Notes under the pieces: generated by a model
Seen by the model: only the letters and a program-made list of their open reading frames with translations
Databases searched by the model: none
What the model was told of the DNA's origin: nothing
NCBI GenBank assembly: GCA_963796965.1
Contig: CAWCNS010000007.1
Location: forward strand, 910,598 to 974,597
Origin: Calditrichia bacterium
GTDB taxonomy: Bacteria; Calditrichota; Calditrichia; JAJRVZ01
Direction of reading: 5' to 3'
Length of the DNA: 64,000 bases
Shown here: piece by piece, positions 11,097 through 24,285 of the stretch
How the letters are laid out: each line of letters begins with the position of its first letter
How positions within the stretch are numbered: position 1 is the first letter of the stretch
Made by a program: the position numbers and the translations under genes

Positions 11097-12531
11097 TTAA
11101 TTAACAGGTAAGGAAATTGTATATTCACAATAATTTTCACTTGTAAAAGTAATTTTAATTTTCCCCCTGTGCATTTTCAATTTCTTTTTCACCATTTCCA
11201 TATCATGAAATATTTCTTGACTATTTTCTGCCTCCGTAAGATTTGATGTGGACATTGTAGGCATAAAGAGTAACCGAATCACCTCTGCACCCAGTTGGTC
11301 CTGAACAGAGTTTTTCTCACCTAACATCTCTGCTTCTGTACTTTCAATCGATTTCTGCAAGAGACGTTCGATTCTAATTAATCGGCCATCATGACGTAAT
11401 TTAAACCCAAACAGTCGGTTACTGGAGAATGTTTCTATCTCTAAAGTTCCAATGGGACTTTTATTGGCACTTCGTCTTTCATCAGGTTTTTCGAAACAAT
11501 ATTGTATAGAGAATCTGACAAGGATGATCAAAAATTCTCTAACAATTTGTTGATAGATGTAGGGAATGGCAGAACTATTAAACTTCTCATAGTTAAATTG
11601 AACCTCTTTACCAAGATCCTTTGCTGAATTTTGAACCAAATTATCAATGGCTCGAATAATCAATCCATCTTCAAATTTTCGTTTCGGTCTAATGGACCCA
11701 GTAAAATGTTTAAAACGGTTCATTAACACTTTTACATCCTGAAGCATTTGCCTTATTTCACCTAATTGAATTACAATTGGTACAAAATCCCCACTATTTT
11801 TCTCTTCCTTATTGCTCACCAATTTTATTTGAGACTCAAATTGCTTTAATTTTGTATTTAGAAAATTGAGTTTCAAGAGAGAGGCATTACTAATCAATTG
11901 ATGAACTGTTCTGAGAATACGATTAAAAATAATGTTATAATGCTCTGAGTCCTTGGATTCTTTTATTTCTTTATCGATTGATTGCATCTCCGACTCTGAA
12001 ACATCCAGGAACTCTTTAAGCAATGGAGGTTCCACATGAAGCATATTAACCAGCCATTCCATTTGCTTATTTGTATCTTGCTCTACTTCTTCTAGTCTTC
12101 TTTGAAAGCGATATTTGCTTGGTAATATCGCCGACAGTTGCAATTAATCCGACAATTTTCTTTTCTCGGCGAATTCGCTTAAAATTAAAATTTAGATACT
12201 TGGAAGATGTCCATAATCCCCAACGATTTTCAAAATGGAATTCAACAGCATTTAATGGATTTAATTCATTGATCGTCTCTTCATCAAGATCGTCTTTTAA
12301 CATCAACCCCAGAAATTCTACTGTATTATTAACAATATTTTCAGGCACCCGATTTGCAAACAAGGAAACAAATGGTTGGCCACTTGTTATTTCCTGATCG
12401 ATAATCCGTTCCAGAGAGGCGGAATACTCGTCAGTAATATCCAGATTCTCATTTAAATAGAGGAGCCCCTCTTCGAGAGAATTTAGGATATCCTTTTTGC
12501 CGAGATCTTTATGTATTGTTTCTGTTTGCAT
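11097..12531 (-). CDS. PAS-Hpt-HATPase class III kinase paralog with degenerate ATP-binding boxes (frameshift near 12100)
   Basis: Shares LHVEP.LL.EF and RPKR.FE motifs with its neighbours; Hpt RTVHQLISNASLL; N, G1 and G2 boxes altered. Confidence 0.7.
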
Positions 12532-12669
12532 ATATCAGTTGCTTTTTCCAGCTCCAGTTATATTTATTAAATTCCTTAGGATATTAATTAAATATCAATA
12601 ATCTTACATCTAACCATTCCTCAATTCTTCATCAGCGTCACAAGATTTCCATACTCACAACAATTCCTA

Positions 12670-13116
12670 CTATTCAAGGCAGACAACCAAAAATGTTTTG
12701 AATTCACGCCACGTGATTGGTATAACAAAGGATTGGATATTATCAGGTAACTTAATATCTCTTGCCTTTCCATCAACAACAACCGGAACTGAAATCATAA
12801 AATCACTGCCATAGGCCTGGCGAACATTTCCTGAGATTGTATTGGCTATTTCGCCTACCAGGTCTTTTACTTCGCCCTGATCAATATCATCAAGACCCAG
12901 TATTAGTTTAGCAATTGATTTTAACATATCCTCTGAAGCCGTAACATAAATACTGCCTTTTCTCTTTCCAGATATACCGATTATACCGGTATATTCCAAT
13001 ACTACCGGCTCTGCATCTTTTATATATGGAATGCCAGCAGTTGCCTTTTCGTTGGTCACTTCTTCAAAATAGTTTACTGTAGAATCAATAAAGAAGTGAA
13101 GATCGGTTTCATTCAT
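12670..13116 (-). CDS. cheX: CheX-family phosphatase
   Basis: TGIIGISG; D.VGEIANTISGN; ISVPVVV. Confidence 0.88.
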   Translation of the reverse strand: MNETDLHFFIDSTVNYFEEVTNEKATAGIPYIKDAEPVVLEYTGIIGISGKRKGSIYVTASEDMLKSIAKLILGLDDIDQGEVKDLVGEIANTISGNVRQAYGSDFMISVPVVVDGKARDIKLPDNIQSFVIPITWREFKTFLVVCLE

Positions 13117-13149
13117 TTTATTTTTTCTCCTCTTAGATCTTAATCATAA

Positions 13150-13518
13150 TTAATCAATAAGTCTTTCAAAAGATGATCGTAATTTCTCGGGTGTAAATGG
13201 CTTGGGTAGAAAACTTTTTGCACCTAACTTGATGGCTTTTAGACCGGTACTTTTATCAGATAGCGCTGTAACAACCATCACCTTTACATTTTCGTCAATT
13301 TTAAGCATCTCTTCCAATACAGTCAATCCATCCACTTCTGGCATGGTAATATCCAATGTAACAACATCCGGTTTAGTTTCCCGGAATACCTCCAGAGCTA
13401 TTTTTCCGTCCTCGGCCGTGCCAACAACCTCAATATCAAAATCATTGAGGTGTTTCTGGATGGCCTGACGTATGATCGCAGAGTCGTCTACAATCATTAA
13501 TTTGACTTGTTTACTCAT
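13150..13518 (-). CDS. Single-domain response regulator (CheY-like)
   Basis: IVDDS, TLDITMP.DG, VTA, KPF. Confidence 0.9.
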   Translation of the reverse strand: MSKQVKLMIVDDSAIIRQAIQKHLNDFDIEVVGTAEDGKIALEVFRETKPDVVTLDITMPEVDGLTVLEEMLKIDENVKVMVVTALSDKSTGLKAIKLGAKSFLPKPFTPEKLRSSFERLID

Positions 13519-13542
13519 GCATCCTCCCCTATAATAATAAAA

Positions 13543-16454
13543 TTAATTTGTTAGTTTATATGATTTACCTGGTTTTGTCTTTTTCTTAACAGGTAAGTTA
13601 ACTAAAAATTCCAGGAACTCCCCTTCTCTGAAATTCATAGATATTTTGCCCTGGTGATTCTCAATGCTTTTTTTTATTGTTCCCATACCAACACCCCGAC
13701 CGGCATTAAGATCTACCGACTCAGCGGTCGATATTCCGGATTCATAAATTAACTCCGCCAGCTGGTTCTGATCCCATTCATCAATTTCATCTTTTTTCCA
13801 TTTTCCTAAATTCTCGGCAATTTCCTTTAGTTTCTTTAGATTTATTCCCTGGCCATCATCCCGATACTTAAAACAAAAATCGCCGTTTTTTGAAAAAGTA
13901 GAAATTTCAATGCACCCTCTTACCGATTTATTGTTCTTCTTTCTTTCCTCCGGGTTCTCGATGCCATGAGTCATGCTGTTTCGCACAAATTGAATCAATA
14001 GATCCTTGATTAAAAGCCGGTATTCATAGGGCAATTCCTCACCCTTAAACTGGTCATGAACAAATTGAACTTCTTTTTTCAAGTCATCCGATAAATTTGA
14101 GATCAGATTACTGATCGAATTAACCAAAATTTGATTCTCAAAAGCCCGTTTGGGACGGAAATGGGTGTGAATTTGGCTGATGCGTTCAATCATATTGTTA
14201 ATTTCTTCTATACTGTTGCGCAAATCACCTAATTTCATAACAAGTGGTATGAAATCCCGGGAAGAGAGTGTTTCTTTTTCCTGTAGCGCTTCAATTAATT
14301 CTTCAAAGGCATGGGCTTGTTTGGCAAAAAATTTCAGATCGAGTAAACTTGCATTGCCTTTAACCAGGTGAATAGAACGGTATATATTTCTGAGAACAGA
14401 CAAATAGTCTTCTTCAGAATCTTCCATTCTAAACATCTTTTTAATAGTATTTAACTCTCTTGTTGCACCATCAATAAATTCTTTCAGCAACTGAGGCTCA
14501 ACGTGCAATATTCCAAGGAACCATTCCATCTGTAGTTTAGAATGTTCTTCTGATTCTTCAAGTTTTTTTGAAAGTTTTACTTTCTCTGTAATATCGGTTA
14601 CGGTACCCATTAATCCACTAACTTGCTGATTCACCTCAATTCGTTGAAATTTAAATGCCAGAATTTTCTCTGTCGTGAGAAGTTCATCTTTTTTAAGGAA
14701 ATTCAATTTTATATGAGCCAATGGATTTAAATCACCCAATGTTTTTTCATCGATATCAGGATTGAACATTAAATCTAAATAGTCCTGAATGTTTTCATTT
14801 TCTTTTTCGTCTATTTTATTTTGTAGTATGTCTGTAATCTTTTTCTGTCCGGGCTCATTTAAGTCAAGAATTTCTGATAAAGCAGCCGAATGTTGAGATC
14901 CTATCCGTTGATCTCTATCAAGAATAAATATACCTTCTTCAACATTCTTCAAGATTGTATCTGTCTCTTTTTTTGCTGCCTGCAGATGGTTTCTTGATTG
15001 ACGCAAGTCATTTTCTGCTTTAAGCCGTTCTTCAATCTCCAGCTGTGCTTGATTATAAAGCCGTGCATTATCGATAGCTGCAGCAATTTGCGAACTTAAC
15101 GTTTCTGCTGCTGTAACATCTGATTCATCAAATGCCCCAGGCTGGTCACTTTGATAATCAAGAACACCTATTACCTGCTGTCCCTTCATAATCGGTATTG
15201 ACATTTCCGATCGCGTAATTTCTCCTGCTTTTTTTACATAATTCCGATTTAATGTTACATCACCACTCAATTGTGTCTGATGTGTCAAAGCGGCCAATCC
15301 AATCATTCCCTCGCCTTCTTTTATAGTCAGGTCAACAGGAAAAACACTGGCATAAGCACCCGCAATAGACTGAAGTCGCAAGGTTCTTGTTTCCTCATCT
15401 AAGGACAACAACATGACCCCATAGTAATCAAAAGAATCACGGATATTGGTGACAATCGCTGAAAGAAGGTTGTCGAGATCTAATTCTCCACTAACCTTTT
15501 GCCCGATCTTGTAGAGGAGTGCCGACTGGGTTGCCCGGCGCTTTGCCAAATCTTCGAGTTTTTTACTATAGGTTATTTCTTTTTGAGCATTTTCGTATAG
15601 ACGTGCATTTTCTATGGCAGTCGCAATTTGTGAGCAGAGCGTTTCGGCAACTTCCACATCAGATTGGTCAAAAGCATTTTTTCTATCACTCTGAAAGTCA
15701 AGAACCCCTATCACATCGTCTTTACCAATAATTGGAATAGACAGTTCCGAAATAGTTACTTCTTCGGCCTTTTTAACATAGTGGCGATTTGCTGTTACAT
15801 CATTACTAAGTTGCGTACTTTTATCTAAGCAGCCTGACCGATCATACCCTCACCAATTTTGATTGTCAATGAGTCAGGAAATACACCCTGATATCCGCCG
15901 GCAATAGACTGTAAATTTAGCTGTTTTTTCTTTTTATTTATAAGCAATAGCATGACACCATAAAAATCGAATGTTTCATGGATACTGTTAACAATTTCAT
16001 TCAATACAGATTCCAGATCCAGATTACTGCTTATTCGTTTTCCGATAGCGGAAATCAGAGTCGCCTGAGAAGCCCTGCGTTCCAACTCTTTTTCAATTTT
16101 CACACGATCTGTAACATCTCTAACAATGCTTACAGTCGCATTTTTTCCTTCATAAACGATATGGTCAGATAAGACCTCCACAACTATTCGCTTACCGTTT
16201 TTCTTAAAATGAGTAAAGGTAAAGGGTATATCTTTGTTGACAATCTTGATTGCCTTTTTTACCCGCTCTTGTTCCTCCATTGGATGTAAATCTAAAAATG
16301 TCATCCCTTTTAATTCAGAGAGTACGTAGCCATAAATCCTGTTGACAGATTTATTACAATCAAGGATCTTACATTTTTCTTTTTCAAAAATGAAGATAGG
16401 ATCAGCGATCTGATTGAAAAGCCCGTAATATTTATTTTTACTCGTGTTTTGCAT
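13543..16454 (-). CDS. PAS-GAF-GAF-PAS-Hpt-HATPase CheA-like (class III) histidine kinase (frameshift near 15820)
   Basis: Two GAF repeats (GEGMIG...AIENARLY); Hpt RSIHLVKGNASLL; RNSMTHGIE, DDGQGI, AGRGVGM; no CheW domain. Confidence 0.82.
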
Positions 16455-16474
16455 AATTTTTTATTTGGTAGCAT

Positions 16475-19400
16475 TTAACCAGGAATTGCTATTTCTTCTC
16501 GTACCTCTTGTTTGATTTCACTTTTTATAGGAATTGTAACAATAAATTCACAAAAACCGCCCTTTTCAGTATTTATTGAGATCTGTCCTCCCACAGTTGT
16601 TACTTTTTCCTTAACAAGATCCATTCCCACACCCCGGCCGGCAACAAGGTTAGCCTTATCAAGGGTGGAAATGCCCGTTGTAAATATTGTCTCTGCTACC
16701 TGATCATCATCCCATTCCTCGATATCTTCTTCTGACCAATGTCCCGATTCGATAGGCTTTTTGCCGTAACTTATCAATCTGAATTCCCCGCCCATCATCT
16801 CTTTGACGGAAACCAAATGCATTATCAGTACTCATTGAAACTATTTCTATGCATCCAATTGATTCTTTCCCGGTCAATGCTCTCTCTTCAGCATTTTCAA
16901 TACCATGATAAACGGAATTTCTAATTAATTGAATGAGAATCTGCCGTGTTAACAGTCTAAAGCGGTATGGAATACTCCCGCATCAAAATTTTCGGTTATC
17001 AGATTGATCTTTTTACCAACATCATGAGAAAGCGTGTTTACCAGGTTTTGAAGAGAAGCGATGAAAAGTTTCTTTTCATAACTTCTTTTCGGTCTGAAGT
17101 TCATATGAACTTTACCTATCCGGTCAATGAGTTTTTCAAGTTCATTTAAAATTGTACGCATTTCTTTCAGCATGAGCACGAGTGGAACAAAATCTGATCC
17201 TGTTACCGTATCTTTTTCTTTTATATGCGTTATATTTTCTTCAAACTCATGTGCCTTTTCAATGAAGAACTTCAAATCGACCAGGGCAGCATTGCCTTTA
17301 ATCAAATGCATGGAGCGGAACATTTTCTCAAGTACGGATAGCAGGTTCGTTTCCCTTTCGCTTCCCTGGAGAACTTGATCCATATAATTAAGTTCTAAAG
17401 TTGCTCCTTCCAGAAACTCCCGTAATAATTGTGGCTCCACATGCAGTATACTGAGCATCCACTCAATCTGTTTTTTACCGGATTCCTGGGATTCTTCAAA
17501 TTCCTGTGCTAACCGGATCTGATCTGAAACATCATTGACAGTCCCGATTAATTCTTCAGTTTGTCCATTCTCATTTGGTATACGTTTGAAGTTAAATACC
17601 AGATGCTTGGTTATTGTCTGGGTATTTTCAGCATCTTCAAAGGTTAACTTGATCTGACTCATGGGATTCAGATCGGCCAATGCTTCTTCCTCCACATCAT
17701 CTTTAAACATTAATTCAAGAAATTCAGTGATGCTTGTGTGAACTTTATGTGTAACCGTGTTCTCTAAAATATCCAGAAAATTTAAACGTGCCGGTTTATC
17801 CTGATTAAGAATTTTTCCCAAAGCAGATGAATGTTGAGATCCAATTCTAAATTTCCCGTTTAAAAGAAAGATTCCTTCTTCAACATTATTCAGAATATTA
17901 TCAGTACCCTGTTTTGATAGTATTAATTGTTTGTTTCGCTCTTTAATTTCCCAGGTTCTTTCGGCTATTTGATCTTCGAGAAATTTCTTTTGCGTCTCAA
18001 TCTTTTTCATACGAAAACTATAGAGTGTATAAACCAGAGAACGAACCAACAGAAAGGAAATAATGCGGAACCACCACGTTGCCCAAAATGGAGGAATAAT
18101 TTCAACATTTACTCTTTTGCCGACATCATTCCAAACACCATCACTGTTACTGCCTTTTACCCTGAAGATATAAGAACCGCCATCAAGATTTGTATATTTT
18201 GCATATCGCCTGTTTCCTGATCGGATCCAATCCTGGTCAAAGCCCTCCAATTTATAGAGATATTGATTTTTTTCCGAATTACTATAGTCCAATGCTGCAA
18301 ATTCAAAAGAGAAAAAATTATCACTATAGGATAAAATAATATTTTCGATATGAGTGATAGAAGTATCCATATTAATTTCATTATCAAACACTTTGAATGA
18401 TGTTAACACAATTGGTGGTAAGTAAGTACTTTGAATGATTTGATCGGGTTGGAAGCTATTATACCCGTTTATTCCCCCAAAGAACATTTCACCACTGGGC
18501 CCTTTGGTATAGGCACCCCCATTGAATTCATCACTTTGCAAGCCATCATTGACATCAAAGTTAGTAAAGTTATAGGTGATAAGATTAAATCTTGACAATC
18601 CCTTGTTGGTGCTTAACCAAAGATTTCGTTTTTCATCCTCAAGAATACCATAAACAGTATTATTGGCCAGACCATCTTCTTCCTTATAAGTATTGAATAT
18701 CTCGGTTTGTGGATCGAACGAATTCAAACCTCCGCCATAAGTGGCAATCCAAATTTTTCCATCTTTCCCACCATGCAGAGCAAGAATACGGTCATTACTA
18801 ATTGTAGTGGAATCATCAGGATTATGGGTATAACTTTTAAATATGCCTGTGTTAGGATCGAATCTATTGAGCCCATTATATGTTCCGATCCATAATATTC
18901 CTTTTTCATCCTGGTAGAGAGCACGCACACGGTCATCATTTATACTATTTGGATCATTCGGTTTGTGAACAAAATGGGTAAATTCATCTAATCCCGGTTT
19001 TAGTAAGTTCAACCCACCCCAGGTTCCTATCCATAAATTCCCTTCGTGATCCTCGAGGAGAGCCCGCACCGTATTATGACTGATACTATTTATCTCTGCG
19101 TCACTGGAATGCATATACCGCTGAAATTTCTTTGTCAATGGATTAAATTTATTCAAACCACCATTAACTGTACCAAACCATAGATCACCCCGACTATCCT
19201 CATAAATTACCCTGACAATATCATCACTCAGACTGTTATTATCGAGGGCATTATGGCGATAGATCTTCCGTGATCGTTTACTTCGATCGATAACATTCAG
19301 TCCTTTATTAGTACCTATCCATAGCTCGTCCTGAGCGCGATACTAACATTGACCATACATTACTATCATTAAGACTCATCGGATTAGTAGCAACATTTCT

Positions 19401-20516
19401 ATAATAGCGAAATTTCTTTCTTCTCCAATCAAAATGATTCAGACCGTCACCATAAGTTCCGACCCAAATCGTTCCTGATTGGTCCTTCAATATTGTACGG
19501 ATCATATCATTACTAAGACTGTTTTGATTGGAGGGATCATGGACAGATACTGAAAATTTATCCCGGGCCTGGTCATAAAAGTTTAAACCCATATCCGTAC
19601 CGATCCAGAGTATGTGATTTTTATCCTCATAGATCGCATAAACAAAATTATTATTCAGACTGGCTTTATCCCTTGGATCATGCTGGAACCTCCAGAACTG
19701 GTTATTAATTGGATCATACAAATTTAAACCGGTGTCAGTCCCAATCCACAATTTTCCGTATGAATCCATATAAAGACTTAAAATTCGGTTACTGCTAAGG
19801 GAATATGGGTCCCTTGAGTCATGCAGATACCTTTGAAAACGCCCCTCACTCTTAGCGTTTTTACGTAGGACTGAGATCCCCCCCTCATCTGTCCCAATCC
19901 ACAGATTTCCATCTCCATCTTCAAGAATTGATCGGATATTATCATGACTAATACTTGTATCATCCATTTCATTATAACGAAAACGGCTGAATTGAGAAGT
20001 TACAGGGTCGAAGCGGTTTAATCCTCCCCCTGCAGTACCGATCCATATTATTTGATCACTATCTTCAAAGACAGCCTGTACCCGATTATTTACCTGATCA
20101 GCATCGCTTTTCTCTCCCTGAATATAGGTCGTAAAACTACCTTTTACCGGATCATATTTATTTAATCCCCCCTCAGCAGTCCCAACCCAAATATTACCGA
20201 GATGATCTTCATACAGGGCATTTATCCAATTATCTGAAATTGAAGTAGAATCAGCAGGGTCATGCTTAAAGTGGATAAATGAATAGCCATCGTATCTGTT
20301 TAGACCATCTTGCGTTCCAAACCACAGAAATCCCTGCCGATCTTGCATTGAACAATATACGGCGCTCTGAGAAAGACCTCGATCGATGGAAACCCGCTCG
20401 AATTCCATCTCATATGTTTGGGCTTGAAGAAACGAGAAAGGAAATAAGAAGAGGATAACAAAAAAAAACATCACCAACTTTAACTTAAAAGGATGTAAGT
20501 CACCCTTTTTATACAT
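16475..20516 (-). CDS. Periplasmic beta-propeller/Y_Y_Y sensor, TM, PAS-Hpt-HATPase CheA-like kinase (frameshifts near 19300 and 16800-16960)
   Basis: Repeated (L/I)W(I/V)GT.GGL blades; Y.YKLEGFD..W; PPFWATWWF TM; RSMHLIKGNAAL; alternate frames give IRNSVYHGIE, DDGRGI, VAGRGVGM. Confidence 0.8.
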
Positions 20517-20838
20517 AGTAATTTCCTGAAATAAGAAGTTGTCTGAATTAGAAGATAAAATAGTGTACGTATCCAGGTCTATCTCATACGCATGCCTGTC
20601 CGTAGACAATTGAAGCCTCCTAATAATCTATTAAAAACACGAATATTTGGATTATGAAGACAGATCCACAAAGTACCTGCCTTAATAGGCTATATCGACA
20701 GACAATCAATTTTCTTTAAATCAAGCTGATAAATAATGGAATATTGAAACAGTAAAGAATTGAGTTAAATCTGTAGATAAAAGAGGATTGTGAAAGAAAT
20801 TGAACTATTTTATTCCTGGAACAGGTGGGGGATAATAT

Positions 20839-21222
20839 TTATTCTGTTGTATCTTCTAATAGTCTCTGAAATGCAGACTTAAACTTCTGGGCCCCAAAAG
20901 GTTTGTTAAGGTAACTGCTTGCTCCCATTTTTAGGGCCTTAAGTCCTGTACCTTTATCGGAAAGTGCCGTCACGACGATTATTTTAGAATTTTTGTCAAT
21001 TTTCACCATCTCTTCAAGCACATAAAATCCACCCAAACCTGGCATGGTTATATCCAATGTTACAAAATCAGGTAGAAATTTTTTAAACAATTCAAGTGCC
21101 GTTTCTCCATTATGAGCGGTCGCAATAATTTCAATATCAAAACTTTCTAAAAACTTTGCAATGGCCTGACGGATGATGAGAGAGTCATCAACGATGAGGA
21201 GTGTTCTTTTCTTTTCTGACAT
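20839..21222 (-). CDS. Single-domain response regulator (CheY-like)
   Basis: MSEKKRTLLIVDDS...TLDITMP...VTALSDK...KPF; clear paralog of 13150..13518. Confidence 0.88.
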   Translation of the reverse strand: MSEKKRTLLIVDDSLIIRQAIAKFLESFDIEIIATAHNGETALELFKKFLPDFVTLDITMPGLGGFYVLEEMVKIDKNSKIIVVTALSDKGTGLKALKMGASSYLNKPFGAQKFKSAFQRLLEDTTE

Positions 21223-21334
21223 GGATTTCCCGAAATGACTAAATGAAGTATAACTTAAAATTAATTTAAGGGATTGGATCATTAAGTTCAATGGGACAAT
21301 AAAATTGTGTGGTTGGGTATTTGCAATGCGGAGC

Positions 21335-21413
<79 letters not shown>

Positions 21414-21568
21414 TAAAAAAGGTGTCGCTTTATCAATTACTTGTCAAGTATTATTTACTCTTTTTTTCAATCACATATCCGTTATCTGGTATCCCGGATC
21501 GCGTATCCCGTATCCCGTATCTCGTATCAGATATAGATACAACGCCCCCCTACTCAGTACCCGGTTCC

Positions 21569-22774
21569 CTACTCAAACCACCTCTCATCTTCAGATGATT
21601 TTGACAAACCTTCTGCCCTATTGATAGCATTTTTACCAAATTTTTTTCTGACCAGGTCTTCTACTTTATCAAGTTTGGACACTTCTTTGTCTACATTATC
21701 AAATAGATTGAGTTGTTGAGAAGATTTCTGCTCAAAGCCACTGACACCAACACCGAGAAGTCTTACTTTTCGGTCCCTGTTATAGTTTCTATCAAAGAGT
21801 TCTTTTATTATACCGTGAATGATCTCGGTATTTGCTGTTTGGTGATTAATTGTTTTGTTACGGGTAAGTGTTTCAAAGCCTTCATACCGTAGTTTAAGAT
21901 GGATCGTTCTGCCCTTAAGCCCTTGTTTTCTCATGCGATAAGCCACTTTTTCTGACAAGCGTAACAACGTCTGGTAAATTTGATCAAGATCAAATAAATC
22001 CTCATGAAAGGTATGTTCATTGCTTACTGATTTTACCGCATGATCAGGCACTACAGATCGGTCGTCTATTCCATGAGACAATTTGTAAAAATGAAGACCT
22101 GTCTTACCATATTTTTTTACGAGTAGTTCCCTTGGAAATTTTGCCAAATCACCAATAGTATGAATCCCATCCTTATTTAATTTTTCAATCGTCTTTTTAC
22201 CGGCACCCCACATTCTCTTTAGGGGGAGCGGATGAAGAAAGGGTTGTATTTTATCCTCATCAACGATGACCAGACCATCTGGTTTATCCAAATCTGAGGC
22301 GATTTTAGCCAAAAATTTATTGGGAGCAATGCCAACTGAAGCTGTTATTGCCTGCTCCTGATAAATTCGATATTTTAGTTTCTGTGCAATTTTTTTAGGG
22401 GAACCAAGTAATTTAATTGATCCGCTGATTTCAAGGAATGCTTCATCAATGGAAAGGGGTTCAACCATATCGGTAAATTCAAAAAATATTTTAAAAATAT
22501 CCTTACTCACCTGCGAATATAGTCTACCGTTTGGTGGGACATAAATTCCATGGGGACAGCGTTTGTAGGCCTGCATGATTGGCATAGCGGAATGTATGCC
22601 ATACTCCCTGGCTTCATAGGAACAGGTAGAAACCACCCCGCGCCCTTTTCCCTGTTTGGGATCTGCACCAACGATAACCGGCTTTCCCTGAAATTCCGGA
22701 TGCTCCCGTTGCTCAATGGCTGCAAAAAACGCATCCATATCTACATGCAGAATATATTTACAGGATTCAGACAT
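21569..22774 (-). CDS. dinB: DNA polymerase IV (Y-family)
   Basis: HVDMDAFFA, SYEAR.YG, LSIDEAF, KIASD..KPDG, clamp motif QLNLF. Confidence 0.95.
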   Translation of the reverse strand: MSESCKYILHVDMDAFFAAIEQREHPEFQGKPVIVGADPKQGKGRGVVSTCSYEAREYGIHSAMPIMQAYKRCPHGIYVPPNGRLYSQVSKDIFKIFFEFTDMVEPLSIDEAFLEISGSIKLLGSPKKIAQKLKYRIYQEQAITASVGIAPNKFLAKIASDLDKPDGLVIVDEDKIQPFLHPLPLKRMWGAGKKTIEKLNKDGIHTIGDLAKFPRELLVKKYGKTGLHFYKLSHGIDDRSVVPDHAVKSVSNEHTFHEDLFDLDQIYQTLLRLSEKVAYRMRKQGLKGRTIHLKLRYEGFETLTRNKTINHQTANTEIIHGIIKELFDRNYNRDRKVRLLGVGVSGFEQKSSQQLNLFDNVDKEVSKLDKVEDLVRKKFGKNAINRAEGLSKSSEDERWFE

Positions 22775-23131
22775 TGTTTTTTCTAAAAGTATTTAAAAAT
22801 AATTTTAACCCTAAATAAAACTATAAATTCTATTGCCTAGCGCCAGGTAAAAATTGTAACTGAAATATATTTATGCATAATAATAAATCCAAGATTTTTC
22901 TAATCCTATTTTACCCTCGACATCCTCACCTATTAAATTTCGTAGTTAAACTTCAATATGAAAAATAATTGCGAGTAGAATTCTGCTTAACACTGTATTT
23001 TTATTTATTCATATTTCAATATTTGAAGGCAAATCTGATCTCGTCATTTTCGTTCCCGATCCAAAGTAATTTTTTTTAATTATAATTATTATCCAGCCTG
23101 CTATTTAGGCTAATTTTTATTAAAAAATAAC

Positions 23132-23168
23132 TTGACAAAGACCTGAGGTATAGTGTACATTTGTACAC
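23132..23168 (+). promoter_or_regulatory. lexA promoter with putative LexA operator GTGTAC-attt-GTACAC (23153-23168)
   Basis: TTGACA at 23132; palindrome overlaps the -10 region; same motif occurs at 25225 and 30013. Confidence 0.8.
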
Positions 23169-23203
23169 TTCTAATAATTAATCCTTAGATATGGGGCAGA
23201 TCT

Positions 23204-23821
23204 ATGCGCGAGTTAACAAAAAAGCAGCAACAAATTTTACAGCTTATTGCAGATTCAGTAGAAGAATATGGTTATCCCCCAACCTATCAGCAACTTTGCA
23301 ATACCCTGGGCATTAGTTCTAAAAATGGCGTAAAAAAGCATATCGACGCCCTTGTGGCAAAAGGATACCTGGAGAAAGATTCCTCACCCCGTGGATTACG
23401 TATCATTGATCCGGCCTATAAGCCTAAAACCCTGGATGAGTATTCTGTCCCATTAGTCGGCCATATCGCCGCTGGTTTCCCGATTCTTGCTGAAGAAAAT
23501 GTGGAACGATATGTGCCCGTTCCCAGACACCTGATCAAAAGTGAAGGTCGCTACTATGCTTTAAGGGTAAGGGGCGATAGTATGATTAATGCGGGCATAT
23601 TTGAAGACGATCTGGTAATTGTAAAAGCGTCTGACATGGCCATCAATAATGACATTGTCGTGGCCTTGATAGACGGAGAGGTGACAGTAAAAAGATTTGT
23701 ACATAAAGGGGAAGAAAAATATCTGAAAGCTGAGAACCCGGCTTATGCAAATCTTTATCCCTTAGAGTCATTTGCTGTTCAGGGCAAGGTTATCGGTCTG
23801 ATCCGGGAGAACTTTCATTAA
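23204..23821 (+). CDS. lexA: LexA repressor
   Basis: LTKKQQQIL...GYPPT wHTH; VPLVGHIAAG cleavage site; RGDSM catalytic Ser; TVKRF catalytic Lys. Confidence 0.95.
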   Translation: MRELTKKQQQILQLIADSVEEYGYPPTYQQLCNTLGISSKNGVKKHIDALVAKGYLEKDSSPRGLRIIDPAYKPKTLDEYSVPLVGHIAAGFPILAEENVERYVPVPRHLIKSEGRYYALRVRGDSMINAGIFEDDLVIVKASDMAINNDIVVALIDGEVTVKRFVHKGEEKYLKAENPAYANLYPLESFAVQGKVIGLIRENFH

Positions 23822-24104
23822 TCACAAAGCTTAGAACAAATAGAGAAGAGAGAAAACAGAAGAGGATGTTAATCGTAGAGAGTAAAAGCGTTAAACGTGG
23901 AGAGGAGAGAATAGTATATAGGGGCTGCCCAGATGAATATTCTCCAAAGGAGTCCTTCGGACAATTCTCAATTAATATAATTGAGAATGATGAATGATGA
24001 TTTGTGAATAATTTTTCCGATAAAAACGCCTCCTTCAAGCCGGCGTATCCGCCAGGGTCAGATCTTCGATCGGGACCAAATCATCCTCGATTTGGCAATC
24101 ATGC

Positions 24105-24270
24105 TCACGTCTGGCGTCTTGCTTATAGCGTTTCACGTCTGACTTTTGACGCTTGACCTTTCACATTTCACATTTGACGTTTGACATTTCACATTTAACA
24201 TCTTGTCTCTCACGTCTAGCTTCTAGCGTTTTACGTTTCACATTTGACCTTTCACGTTTGACATTTACCT
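24105..24270 (+). repeat. Degenerate heptamer tract (TTTCACA/TTTGACG/TCTCACG)
   Basis: About 20 degenerate 7-mers; related tracts at 25027-25115, 25397-25470, 26415-26515, 27787-27818 and inverted at 29661-29680. Confidence 0.85.
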
Positions 24271-24285
24271 ATACCAGAATTAAGA

